From Eledone cirrhosa (taxonomy: Eukaryota): DNA of 64,000 nt. Positions within the stretch are counted from its first letter, which is position 1; the number at the start of each line of letters is the position of its first letter. This document shows positions 39,866-51,030 of the stretch, piece after piece. The stretch spans positions 34,224,001 through 34,288,000 of the forward strand of contig OZ024754.1 of NCBI GenBank assembly GCA_964016885.1. Reading direction: 5' to 3'. The notes under the pieces were generated by a model. It was not told the DNA's origin. It did no database searches and saw only the letters and a program-made list of their open reading frames with translations. A program made the translations under genes and the position numbers.

Positions 39866-40230
39866 CAGCCCTACACACACTGGAGGAATCAACTCACACT
39901 AGAGAAAGCAACATAGACACACTATGTAATCAAAGACATATACATACACAACTGGGTCATTATGTAGCAGAGTAGTGGGGGGAACAAGTCATTGATCCGT
40001 GCTGAAAATTTTATTGATTTTCAAGTTCAAAATCATGGAATGTTCTACATACAACATGCAATGCTGTTTAAAATAGCTGGGGAACACTTGTACCCACACA
40101 AATAATACCATTTTACACACACATATATATCATCATCATCATCGTTTAACGTCCATCTTCCACGCTAGCATGGGTTAGACGGGAGTTGTCCCACTTGAGG
40201 CAAGATTGGTCGGGTGACCGTGTCTTGCTC

Positions 40231-40261
<31 letters not shown>

Positions 40262-40263
<2 letters not shown>

Positions 40264-40396
40264 ATTATGTAATAAACAACATAAGACAATTATTCTATTT
40301 ACCAAAGGTTTCACGAAGACAGACGAGCTCAACAGAAACATCTGAAATCGCTCATCAGAATAGAATAATTGTCCTATGTTGTTTATTACATAATTA
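40262..40396 (-). ncRNA. Type I hammerhead ribozyme, copy 1 (within a ~200-bp repeat, 40261-40460)
   Basis: Minus strand: 38-bp stem I, CUGAUGA (40358-40352), stem II GCGA/UCGU plus CAGAUG/CGUCUG, GAAA (40312-40309), stem III ACC-UUU-GGU, GUA cleavage triplet ending at 40300. Confidence 0.8.
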
Positions 40397-40633
40397 AATA
40401 GCTCTGTAGCATACATAGAGCACTCTCCTTTCCTTTACCCTTCCTACGGAAATACTTCATATATATATAAATATATGCATATATATATATATAACATATA
40501 TAAGCAATATATATATATAAACATATACAAGAGATGGTAACATGAATGAACTAGCCCTGTTATTTTTATCTAAAGACATTTTTTCCAAATCCACCCCGTC
40601 CGTCCCTTCAATCTATCTAATTTCTCATCCTTT

Positions 40634-40667
40634 CTTCTGATGAAAGACTAGCGTCCAAAACGTTAAG
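40634..40667 (+). ncRNA. Degenerate minimal hammerhead motif (Penelope-type)
   Basis: ctt-CTGATGA-aaGAC-tagc-GTCC-aAAA-CGTTA-ag; the G of GAAA is mutated; palindromic AACGTT stem III. Confidence 0.5.
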
Positions 40668-41046
40668 ACCCTCTTCTTGCTATTTCACGCTTTAACCTAA
40701 TATATTCCTTCCATATACTGTACCGATTATGTTGTTATTTCTGATTACCTTTTTAATATATATATATATATATCATCATCGTTTAACATCTATCTTCCAG
40801 GTCGTGTAGGTGTTACGACAAAAAAAAACACACAGTCCACGCTGTAATGTGGCCGTGTAGGTAACACGGTAAAAACCTCCCAGTCCACAGTGTAAACGTG
40901 GTTGGTGTTAGGAAGGGCATCCAGCTGTAGAAAACCTGCCAGACAGTCCCATACAAGCGAGACGACCAATCTTGCCTCAAGTGGGACAATTCCCGTCTAA
41001 ACCAATGCTAGGTGGAAGATAGACGTTAAACGATGATGATGATGAT

Positions 41047-41550
41047 ATATATATATAAACATATATATATAAACATATATATATAAACATATATATATAA
41101 ACATATATATATAAACATATATATATAAACATATATATATAAACATATATATATAAACATACATATATATATAAACATATATATATAAACATATATATAT
41201 AAACATATATATATAAACATATATATATAAACATATATATATAAACATATATATATAAACATATATATATAAACATATATATATAAACATATATATATAA
41301 ACACATATATATATAAACATATATATATAAACATATATATATAAACATATATATATAAACATATATATATAAACATATATATATAAACATATATATATAA
41401 ACATATATATATAAAAACATATATATATAAACATATATATATAAACATATATATATAAACATATATATATAAACATATATATATAAACATATATATATAT
41501 AAACATATATATAAACATATATATATAAACATATATATATAAACATATAT
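41047..41550. repeat. 12-bp minisatellite (ATATATATAAAC)n
   Basis: About 40 near-perfect units between two inverted (GAT)n-tailed elements. Confidence 0.97.
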
Positions 41551-41924
41551 ACATCATCATAGTCATCTCCGTTTAATGTCCATTTTTCCACGCTGGCATG
41601 GATTAAATACGTTATCCTGTTGTGAGCAATGCCAAGTCAGGTGACCATGTCGTGTCCGTAAATAACCGATTCTGGCTTGGTATCTACAGCTGGATGCCCT
41701 TCCTAGCGCCAACCTCATTTACAGTGAGTGCTGCTGGATGCCTTTTGCTGTAACACCTACACGACCACTTTACAGTGTGGGCTGGAGGCTTCACTGGACG
41801 TATGCTTCAACCTGTCCTCATGGGAGATGCATGGGAGTGGGTGGGTGGTGCATACTATTTATATGCTTCAGCTATGGCCTGTGCCTATGTGAAGTCATAA
41901 ACGTGTGTGTATATGTATATATAG

Positions 41925-42262
41925 AGTGGTTAGAGCATTGGCCTTGCAATTGAAAGGTTGTGAGTTCAATTCTCAGACTGGGTGATATGTTGTTTCCTTG
42001 AGCAAGACACTTTATTTCACATTGCTCCAGTTTACTCATCTGTAGAAATGAGATGATGGGGACTGGGGTCCCTATCATTCTACTGCAAAGTGGTCGTGGA
42101 GGTGCCACGGCAAAAAAGCACCCAGCACTCACTGTAAAGTGGACGTGTAGGCGCCACGGAAAAAAAGCACCCAGCACTCACTGTAAATGAGGTTGGTGTT
42201 AGGAAGGGCGGCATCCAGCTGTAGAAATCAAGCCAGAATCAGTTCCCGTCCCACCTTTGCGG
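41925..42262 (+). mobile_element. Composite family-2 SINE
   Basis: tRNA-like head agtggttagagcattggccttgcaattgaaaggttgtgagttcaattctc, a gagcaagacactttatttcac core and an RTE-type tail. Confidence 0.85.
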
Positions 42263-42402
42263 CCATCACACACATACCCACATATGGAGAGAGAGAGAAA
42301 TAAAAGATGAAATAGAAAGAGTGTGAGAAGATGAAGGAAGAATGGAAAAAAATAATTTTCAGAAAAAACGTGTATTCAGTCAGCCATAAAAATATATATA
42401 TA

Positions 42403-42638
42403 TCATCATCATCATCATTTTACGTCCGCTTTTCCCTGCTTGCAAGGGTGGGACGGGAACTGATTCTGGCTTGATTTTTACAGCTGGATGTCCTTCCTAA
42501 CACCAACCTCGTTTACAGTGAGTGGTGGGTGCTTTTTTTCCGTGGCACCTACACGTCCACATCACCCGGTCTGAGAATTGAACTCACAACCTTTCGATTG
42601 CAAGGCCAATGCTCTAACCACTAAGCCATGTGCCTCCA
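42403..42638 (-). mobile_element. Composite family-2 SINE (internally deleted), inverted relative to 41925-42262
   Basis: Reverse complement of ~42140-42260 and ~41925-41987. Confidence 0.85.
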
Positions 42639-42656
42639 ACCTTTAGGACTTTCTAA

Positions 42657-42707
<51 letters not shown>

Positions 42708-42800
42708 CATATATATAATATATATATACACATATATATATATACACATATATATAATATATATATACACATATATATATATATACACATATATATATAC

Positions 42801-42831
<31 letters not shown>

Positions 42832-42836
42832 CACAT

Positions 42837-42870
<34 letters not shown>

Positions 42871-42949
42871 ATATATATATACACACATATTTTAGAAAGT
42901 CCTAAACAAGGCATGAAGCCACTTAGTGTAAGGGACTGTGAAGAAGGAG

Positions 42950-43190
42950 AAATTAAGATGAAAGAATGAATTTAGACTTGAAAGAGTTCAGGTCATAAGG
43001 AGGAGTAAAACTACAAGATGTAAGAGAGTTCCAAAGTATGGCAGTTTGAAGAAAAAAAAAGCTATGACCGTAGAAAGACTTCCTTATTTGTGGAACCACA
43101 ACAGTATCTGGATGAAGATGGTGTGAGTTTTGAGTTTGGCAAAAGAAAGAGAAAGTATTAAAAGTGTTTCTGTTTAGGACAGTTTTATAT
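42950..43190 (-). mobile_element. CR1/L2-group LINE 3' end
   Basis: FYGHSFFFLQTAILWNSLTSCSFTPPYDLNSFKS matches the SFF.RT..LWN.LP...YDL..FK terminus. Confidence 0.75.
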
Positions 43191-43581
43191 TTCAAGGAAA
43201 AGCAGAGAAGTAAAAGGAGAGAAAAAGTTCCATGGAATGAAATTATAAGTTTGGCTAATGTAGTATGGTATTAAATGAATGGCAGAGAGGGGATGAGAGA
43301 AAGAGAGAGAAAGACAGAAAGATTGGATTTCACAGCTAAGAGAGAGATTGTAAAGGGTAATAATGGTTCAGTGAACTATTATTCCATAGCAGAGGGAAAT
43401 ACATTTAAGTGTGGGTGTCTTATTCATTGTATTGGTGTGTGTGTATTTAAGCAAACTTATTAACCACACAGCTATGCTTACATACACACACATATACATA
43501 TAAATAATTATATATGTATGAAGGTGACTATAAGTACATATGGTAGTTTCTCTCTCTCTCTCTCTCTATAATATATGTATA

Positions 43582-43716
43582 TAATTATGTAATAAACAAC
43601 ATAAGACATTTATTCTATTTACCAAAGGTTTCACGAAGACAGACGAGCTCAACAGAAACGTCTGAAATCGCTCATCAGAATAGAATAATTGTCTTATGTT
43701 GTTTATTACATAATTA
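43582..43716 (-). ncRNA. Type I hammerhead ribozyme, copy 2 (within a ~200-bp repeat, 43581-43780)
   Basis: Same fold as copy 1: CUGAUGA at 43678-43672, stem II CAGACG/CGUCUG, GAAA, ACC-UUU-GGU, GUA ending at 43620. Confidence 0.8.
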
Positions 43717-43899
43717 AATAGCTCTGTAGCATACATAGAGCACTCTCCTTTCCTTTACCCTTTCTACGGAAATTCTTCATATATAAGATGGTCATGTTGG
43801 TGACACAACAAAAGCACACGGCCCACTCTGTAAAATGGTTGTGTTTGTGACACGGCAAAAAGTGCCCAGTCCACTCTGTAAAGTGGTCGTTTAACAATT

Positions 43900-44800
43900 A
43901 GCAACTGGAACATTACAACCCTTACAGGTAAAGAACAAGAACTAGTGGAGGAGATCATGCTACAAGCTAGATATAGTTGGGGAGGAGGGGTCCTCAACAA
44001 AGTTCCATGGCTCTGGTACTGTAAATTTGGATGGAGGATGGAAACACTACAATTCAGGTGTGGTGCCACCAGAAACTACTGCACAGGTGGGAGAGGGGAT
44101 ACTCAGAAGTCCTCGGTTGCTGGAATGTGTTATGAGTCTCACTGGGATGGAGGATTTGCCTCTTGAAATTTAGGCTGAAAGAAAGGTCTCTGTGGACGAT
44201 GCAAGTTTATGTGCCAGAGTGTCCGAATATAGATCTGACTGCAGCGTTAGATGTAGATGAGACAGTCATATATTCTAATGGGAAACTTCATTGCACATGT
44301 TGGCAAGGAGTAACTGGAAGGAATAGCAACTTAAATATAAATGGAGCGGCCTTATTAGACTTGTTCAAGCAATGAACTCTCTATTATGAACACTGTGTTC
44401 AGCACAGAGACATCCATAAATATACATGATATAAGAGAAATCAGGGACAGAGGCCAGTAATTGATTTTTAAAAAATTATTTCTGATCTCTTCGATTCTGT
44501 GCTGGATGATCATGTTATGAGAAGTTGAGCTGTCAACTGGCCGGTCCAGCTCAAGGATAAAGTGGGAAGTGCTGACTTTTGAGGAGGTCAGAACCAGGTA
44601 TGTGGGTACTATTGCATCCCAAATCTAGAGAACTCCCTGAACAAACTAAGGATGTTGAAACAGAGTGGAGACTGTTCAGCTAGATTGTGATTTCCGACAT
44701 GCACTGGATAGGTTTGAGGCTGAGTGCTGCATGGCAGGAATGAAAATCAGTGTTGTGAAGACTCAGATACTTGTCCTCTCAAGGAAGACTGTGCAGTATA
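43900..44800 (+). mobile_element. RTE (Rex3/Expander-like) LINE, endonuclease and RT fragments
   Basis: ATWNITTLTGKEQELVEE (AP endonuclease start) and HALDRFEAECCMAGMKISVVKTQILVLSRK; many indels. Confidence 0.8.
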
Positions 44801-45395
44801 CTTTATAGAAAAGGAAAAAGAATATACCAACGTACCAGATGTTAGTACTTCATCGGGAAAAAGTAAATTATGAAGAGAGGGGAGGTTTGAAGATTATACT
44901 TTATCATCATTATTTAACGTCCAGTTTCCCTGCTAACAAGGGTTGGGCAGGTCTACATAGACCAAGTCAGTATTGAAGTGGAGCTACTGACCTCCAGGAC
45001 AGGCCAAAGGGTGTGTATCCTACTTACATACAGTCATATCGAGTGCAGAGGAGAAGTTGTCGTGTCTTTTGACACAAACTGAAGGGTCCTCCAAATCCTT
45101 TGTTTAGCAAGCTTTCTATGGCTGGATGCCCTTCCTAACATCAACCAATTTACAGATGTACTGAGTACTTTTTTTGTGTAGATCTGGGTGCATTTTCGTG
45201 ACACCATCACTAGAGAGGTTGTTGGTCCCAACTGTAGAGACCTCTCAGCTTTGGGGAGGAGACAATAGGGGTGGAAGATAGGTTTGAAGTTATATAAATA
45301 TGTGGGGATTTGGCAGGACAATGAGTAAAGGGTAGGGTAGGCTGATTACTGTATGGGTAGAAGGAATGTAGTGGTGTAAAGCACAGGTTCTCAAC

Positions 45396-45885
45396 CCATT
45401 TAAGCCAAACAAGGTGATCTTCTTCCCCTGCAAAGCCAAAATGATGCTATTGCATTTGTCGACGATGTCGGTGGGGTAGGCGCAGTTTTGCCTCACATCG
45501 AGAGTTTTCTTGTACTGTTCTGTATTGCGTCCTCGCAGAAACTCAATGATAGAGTCGAACAGTTCAAAGAAGTGAGTAAGGCACTTTCCCTTTGAAAGCC
45601 ACCTCACTTCATTATGAAGGAGCAACTTGACGAATTCTTTGTCATTATCTTGGCACAGTTGCTGGAAAATTCGTTCATTGAGGGAATGCCGTTTGATAAA
45701 ATTGATGACATCAAGGGCCACCTGCAAGGACTTGCTCCATGGCTTGCTGAGTTTCTTCGCAGCCAAGTGTTGTCGATGAATGACACAATGAACAAGAAAT
45801 ACAGATAGATTTTCTCTCTTCAGAAGAGTGACGAAACCCTTATGCTGGCCGACCATTGCTCTTGCGTCGTCCATAGCACATGATA
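45396..45885 (-). pseudogene. hAT transposase fragment (Buster/ZBED8/SCAND3-like)
   Basis: CAMDDARAMVG, HCVIHRQHL (CxxH) and LLHNEVRWLSKG motifs; truncated at both ends. Confidence 0.9.
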
Positions 45886-45888
45886 CAA

Positions 45889-46220
45889 TGTGTGTTGTAT
45901 TTGGTCTTAGATGCATGTATTACCTGCCTGTGTGTTGTAGGTAATCATAGATGTATGTATTACCTGCTTACGTATTGCATGTGGTCCCAGCTGTATGTAT
46001 TACCTCCTTATGTGTTGTATGTGGTCCTAGATGTGTGTATTACCTCCTTATGTGTTGTATGTGGTCCTAGATGTATGTATTACCTGGTTATGTGTTGTAT
46101 GTGGTCCTAGATGTTTGTATTACCTGATTATGTGTTGTATGTGGTCCTAGATGTTTGTATTACCTGATTATGTGTTGTATGTGGTCCTAGATGTGTGCGC
46201 TACTCGCTTCTGTGTTTTAT
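45889..46220. repeat. 40-bp tandem repeat (~8 copies) inside the hAT element
   Basis: Unit tgtgttgtatgtggtcctagatgtttgtattacctgatta. Confidence 0.95.
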
Positions 46221-46946
46221 TTTCTTTTTTTTATTTGTAATATTAATTATACAATAGGGAATAAAATAGATCTACATAGTGTTAACTCGTTGCGGTTGAG
46301 TCAATAATTTCAGACATGAAATACATTGTTATCGATGAAGGAAAGACAAGATTCTAACTGGCTGTGCTCAAAGTGTCCTTGACCCAGTTGACTGTGGGTT
46401 TTTCCATTGTTAGGATCTCAATTGCTGGTTAATGTCGAGACACACCTACTCATTCAAGTGCATTCACACTGGCTGTCTCAAAGACATACAAATATGGCTT
46501 ATAAAACTTACCAAAGTAAAGAGCCTTCCAGTACCCCCAGAGCTCCAAACGCCCCCCTAACGCCCCCATAGAGTTCCGAAACACGCCCCGGGGGTGCATA
46601 TGCCACTTGTTGAGAACCTTTGGTGTAGCGGATTTGGTCAATAGTGAGGGGGCTCGTGGTGGAGAGATAGGTAACGGAGGTAAGCGGTGGTAAACAGGGG
46701 GTAGAGAGAGTAGTGACTAGGGTGCAATGGTAAGGATATCTAAGGTTTTTAGAGGGAGTAGTAGTTAAGGAGTTGTTCTGGAGTGGATATGAGTGGTGTG
46801 TGCAGTAGTGGTGAGGATAGAAGATGGGGACCGTTAGTGGGAGGGAGGGTATGGGGCTCATGAATGGGTCAGGTCATATTGTATTCTTCTGGTTGGGTTT
46901 TCATCATCACAGTATAGCACCAACCCTCTGGATCTTTTGTCATCCA

Positions 46947-46981
<35 letters not shown>

Positions 46982-47270
46982 GCCTGCATCTTGGTTTCGA
47001 AAATTGCCATCTCTTGACCCTTTTCCTCACACATGGGTGGTACAAACTTTGTTTTATCTCTGCCAAGGACTTAGATTCCTTTCTGCATATGCTGAAGCAA
47101 AATAAAAAATAAAAGGTCCCGCTCAACACATGTGAATGTTATTTAGATCAAGTGATGCCTGTGCTTGAAGCTTTTTTAAGTGTTGACATGTTCTTTTTGA
47201 GTACTTGTCGCTGTTGCTCAGAGAGTGGGATTGGTCCAGTGTATGTATATATATACAAACACACACACAA

Positions 47271-47301
<31 letters not shown>

Positions 47302-47370
47302 CATATATATACACACATACATATATATACATATATATACATACATACACATATGTATATATACGTATCT

Positions 47371-47413
<43 letters not shown>

Positions 47414-47540
47414 GACACATATTCATACAACCATTCACACGTACGTATACAGGGTGCCTCAAAACTCATCTATTTTAAACAGCAAGCGCCACGCCACTTT
47501 TGAGACTATTATATATAAGGTTCGCATCAATGTTTACCCT

Positions 47541-47594
<54 letters not shown>

Positions 47595-47955
47595 GCACAC
47601 ACACACGCATATGGTGGTCGGATTATTTCATTTTGCCTTTAAAAAAATAAGCAAATTGAGTACCATCCGGAAAACAGTCAAAATCCTAAACTAGTTTTTG
47701 GTTTGTTTTAAGCATTCTTAAAAACCGAAAAGGCTTCAAAGAAGAATGTATCAATACGTTAAGAATGGTTAGAATAGTTGAGAAATGAACGTAGCTGAGT
47801 TTCGGGTAGTTTTCGAACAAGGAAGAAATATGTTTTTCTAAGTTGGGATATATATATATAGGAGAAAGTATGACCACTCTACTACCCTAAGTATTGAGTA
47901 CTGTGGTGCGTTATGGTCAATCTGGTTCCTTACCACAACTCCTTCGTTATATATG

Positions 47956-47992
<37 letters not shown>

Positions 47993-48646
47993 ATACATAT
48001 ATATGTTACTCCCCCCTCTCCTAGTCAATGGAGACAATATAATACATCCTTGAATAACCTAGTTCATCTCTCTAACGGAACCTCTTTAGTAAACATTCTA
48101 TCTCTCTCTCTCTCTCTCTTATTTTACACACAAAATTATACATATATATAAATAAATATACACATATACACTAGACGCACACATATACTCGCTATCGAAA
48201 CGGTGTGAGCTCAGCCGCCGGGCACTAACACTTTACAATATATATACATACACTTAATGCGAGTAATAGGGGTAGTTATAGAACTTCCTTCTTCAAATCA
48301 CGAGAGGGGGGAAAGTTCGCAGGATACTACGAAGATGACGGATGGCAAAGTGGTTGTGTTAAAAAGGAGATGCAAAGTTAGGGAGTAGAAGGCATAAGAA
48401 AGGGAGAGAGAGGATTTTGAAACTAGGAGGGTTTTGAAACTAGCTTATGCACTCCCTCTTTATATCTCACTTACACAACACACACAATCTCTCGCTCGCT
48501 CTCTCTCTCCGATTAAAAATTAAAAAATACAAAAAAAAACATATGGAATTATTCAGGGCAATGAAAAAAACCCAATAATTTAGAATGAAAAAAAGAAAAA
48601 ACAAAATGTGATTCGTTACTGAAAAAGAAAACTAGTGGTTACTTAC

Positions 48647-48685
48647 CATATCGTATACGTTAAGGACTACAGGTTCCCGAGCCAT
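48647..48685 (-). CDS. DESI2: DESI2 exon 1 (coding part): MAREPVVLNVYDM
   Basis: ATG at 48685, gtaagt donor, 39 nt; matches PPPDE VxLNVYD. Full spliced CDS is 169 aa. Confidence 0.93.
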
Positions 48686-50050
48686 AGTTTAGCTAATTCA
48701 GACAAAAGATCCAAGCAAATAGTACTTTGATGTCAGATTTTCAGACAAATGGAATCGTAATTCTACATACACATACGTATGTTATCTACACACCCACATA
48801 TGATGATATATAGTGTAATATATATACATAGGGAAATATGTGTACACATACACGTGTACAGAGAGATTGGAACTATCTATATTCGAAACATTGTTCACAT
48901 ATATAATTGATTAAAATTAGTATTCTTTTTAAAGTCCTTGCAGAGTGCGTAGTCCATGCATTGAATGAGGTGATAGAATCTGGAACAGGAGTCAAACTGA
49001 AGAGTTCATTGTCTTGCGTGGTTCTTTTAGACAAACAGGCTTTTTTCCGTTTAATTATTTCGATATTTAAAATAACTCTTTAGACGAAATAAAAAGCAAA
49101 TGAAGATAGAAAAGAATAACAATAGTAATTTCTTAAGTTATCTTAATAATAATAATTAAATACAGAAATAATAATGGTGATCCGTCTCGTAATCCGTTAG
49201 GAAGGAAAATATTTTAGAGAGGTAAACCAAAAAGGAAGGAGTATATATCAGATAGAACAGAGCGAAATTATTTTCTCTGCTGATATATACACCAACATGA
49301 ATGTTTATAACGTTTGTGTGAGGGTATATATAAATATATATATATATTATATATATGTATATAGTGTGTGTGTCTAAAGTAGTTTCTCTTTTTAAAGGAA
49401 AGAGAGAAAGTGGACAAGAATCCTGTTTTAAGTTATTTGGTTGGATCAAAGATTGTTTCTTAAAGGAAGGCGTTGACCGCCAGTCACTGTGAAGGATAAG
49501 CGAAGTATAGAACCATGTTCTCTCCAAAAATTAATCCTGGTTACGGCTACCCCTCAAACAATTTGCCAAACCACGCGCAGGCAATCCTTTCTCACGATAA
49601 AACAAAACAATTATTTCTCTTAAAGAACGCAAAAGTTTGTTTTTTTCTGAACTGTAAGTTAACCCTACAGTGGGTATTCTCTACAACAATTTACCATGCC
49701 GCAGGAATACAGTATTTTACATCTCCTTGTTTTTTTTCTTATTCCCCCAACTGTGATACCGAATTGCTTTTCCCGTCAGAATATGTACGCGTGTGTGTAC
49801 TACATCACAGATTTCGCTGAAATTCGCACACACACAAATTCATTGTGTAACTAGTGTAAAACGTCATAGCTACACGTGTTCTTGGTGTACACACAGTGTG
49901 TTGCTTATGTGAATAACATCGCCTTGTAGCTTTTACTGTTTGTCTTTGGTGAGGCGACATTGAGAAAAAACACAGAAGATAAAAATAAATAAATTAATTA
50001 ATAATCCACACACCGCCTCAGGTAAAAAGGATACATACAAGTCTTCCAAC
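48686..50050. promoter_or_regulatory. Putative bidirectional promoter between DESI2 and BCKDHA
   Basis: Divergent ATGs with 1,365 bp between them; no recognisable mobile elements; visibly more CpG than the flanks; CACGTG at 48851 and 49873. Confidence 0.65.
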
Positions 50051-50158
50051 ATGAATAGGTATTTTGGCAGAACATTCCTACAGAAATGTTTCAGGTTGTT
50101 GAAGCACCACAATGTAAACGTATCTCTACAAGCAACACGCCATATTAGTATGTCACCT
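50051..50158 (+). CDS. BCKDHA: BCKDHA exon 1 (mitochondrial presequence): MNRYFGRTFLQKCFRLLKHHNVNVSLQATRHISMSP
   Basis: caacATG start, gtaagt donor, 108 nt phase 0; basic, acid-free peptide typical of a presequence; in phase with exon 2. Confidence 0.85.
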
Positions 50159-50689
50159 GTAAGTATTGTTACCTATGAATATATATATAAATATAAATAA
50201 CAAACTTCTCATCGTTAATAAACAAACATACTCAGATTTATGTGCGAAGGGAGTATTTTGTATGGGCCAAGGGAGCTGGGGAGCTGTTATAATTCATTTA
50301 ATGACTTCAGCTTATAAACAACTCTCTTATTTATCATATTTACCGAAAGAAATTCAAGGTAAAGTCAATATTGATGTTACTTAAAACTGAGAAAGGCGAA
50401 GCATCAAAAAATGTTTTCTAAAGAACACATTATGTTTATTTGTTGTCTGCAATAATTCCCTTTCATATATACATATATTATATGTGTGTGTGTTGGTCAT
50501 TAACGTTAATCTTGATTTTCACCTTGAGCAAATGTATTATAGAACTCGAGCCAATATCTAGGTGATCCCTCGATCTGCTGGAAATAGCAACCAAATCGCC
50601 TAATCATGCGTTGTTAAAACAAGTAAAGACTCATTGGGTAATGCAGTCGTAGATACAGTGTGATATAATTATTTTTCTTCGCGTTTTTC

Positions 50690-51030
50690 GTGTGCTATCA
50701 ACTAATCTGACCTCCGAACATGTCGCAATTAACTTTTTTTCCGGAGAACGGAGGAGGAGTCTGGACTGGAGAGATCCTTGGACTTTACCCCAACGTCCGG
50801 AGTTTTCTTTACTATTTTAAAAATCTATTTTCCATAGGTTATCAACGAATCTGACCTCCAAACCAGTTGGAAACGACTACCTTTGTAGAAAAATGAAGGC
50901 GTTTGGTGGGAAACATTTTTTTTTTTTCATAGTTATGTTTTCTTTTCGCATGTTATCTACGAATCTGACCTCTAAACATGCTAACAATAACCCCACTAAA
51001 CCTAACTTAACTTAACACTAACCATTACGA
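50690..51030. repeat. Short dispersed subrepeats, probable DNA-transposon remnant
   Basis: ttatc(a/t)acgaatctgacctc occurs three times, followed by cctaacttaacttaac. Confidence 0.5.

Larger units (their letters stand above)
45382..46622. mobile_element. Non-autonomous hAT (Buster/SPIN-like) element
   Basis: TIRs CACAGGTTCTCAAC / GTTGAGAACCTTTG; 8-bp TSD-like flanks GTGTAAAG / GTGTAGCG with a central TA. Confidence 0.8.

Noticed and set aside
41925-41985. tRNA-like sequences (here and in other SINE heads)
   Set aside because: No complete cloverleaf; they continue into SINE cores, so they are not tRNA genes.
45889-46220. CRISPR-like regular repeats (also 39585-39865)
   Set aside because: Head-to-tail units without unique spacers, eukaryotic context, and no cas genes.
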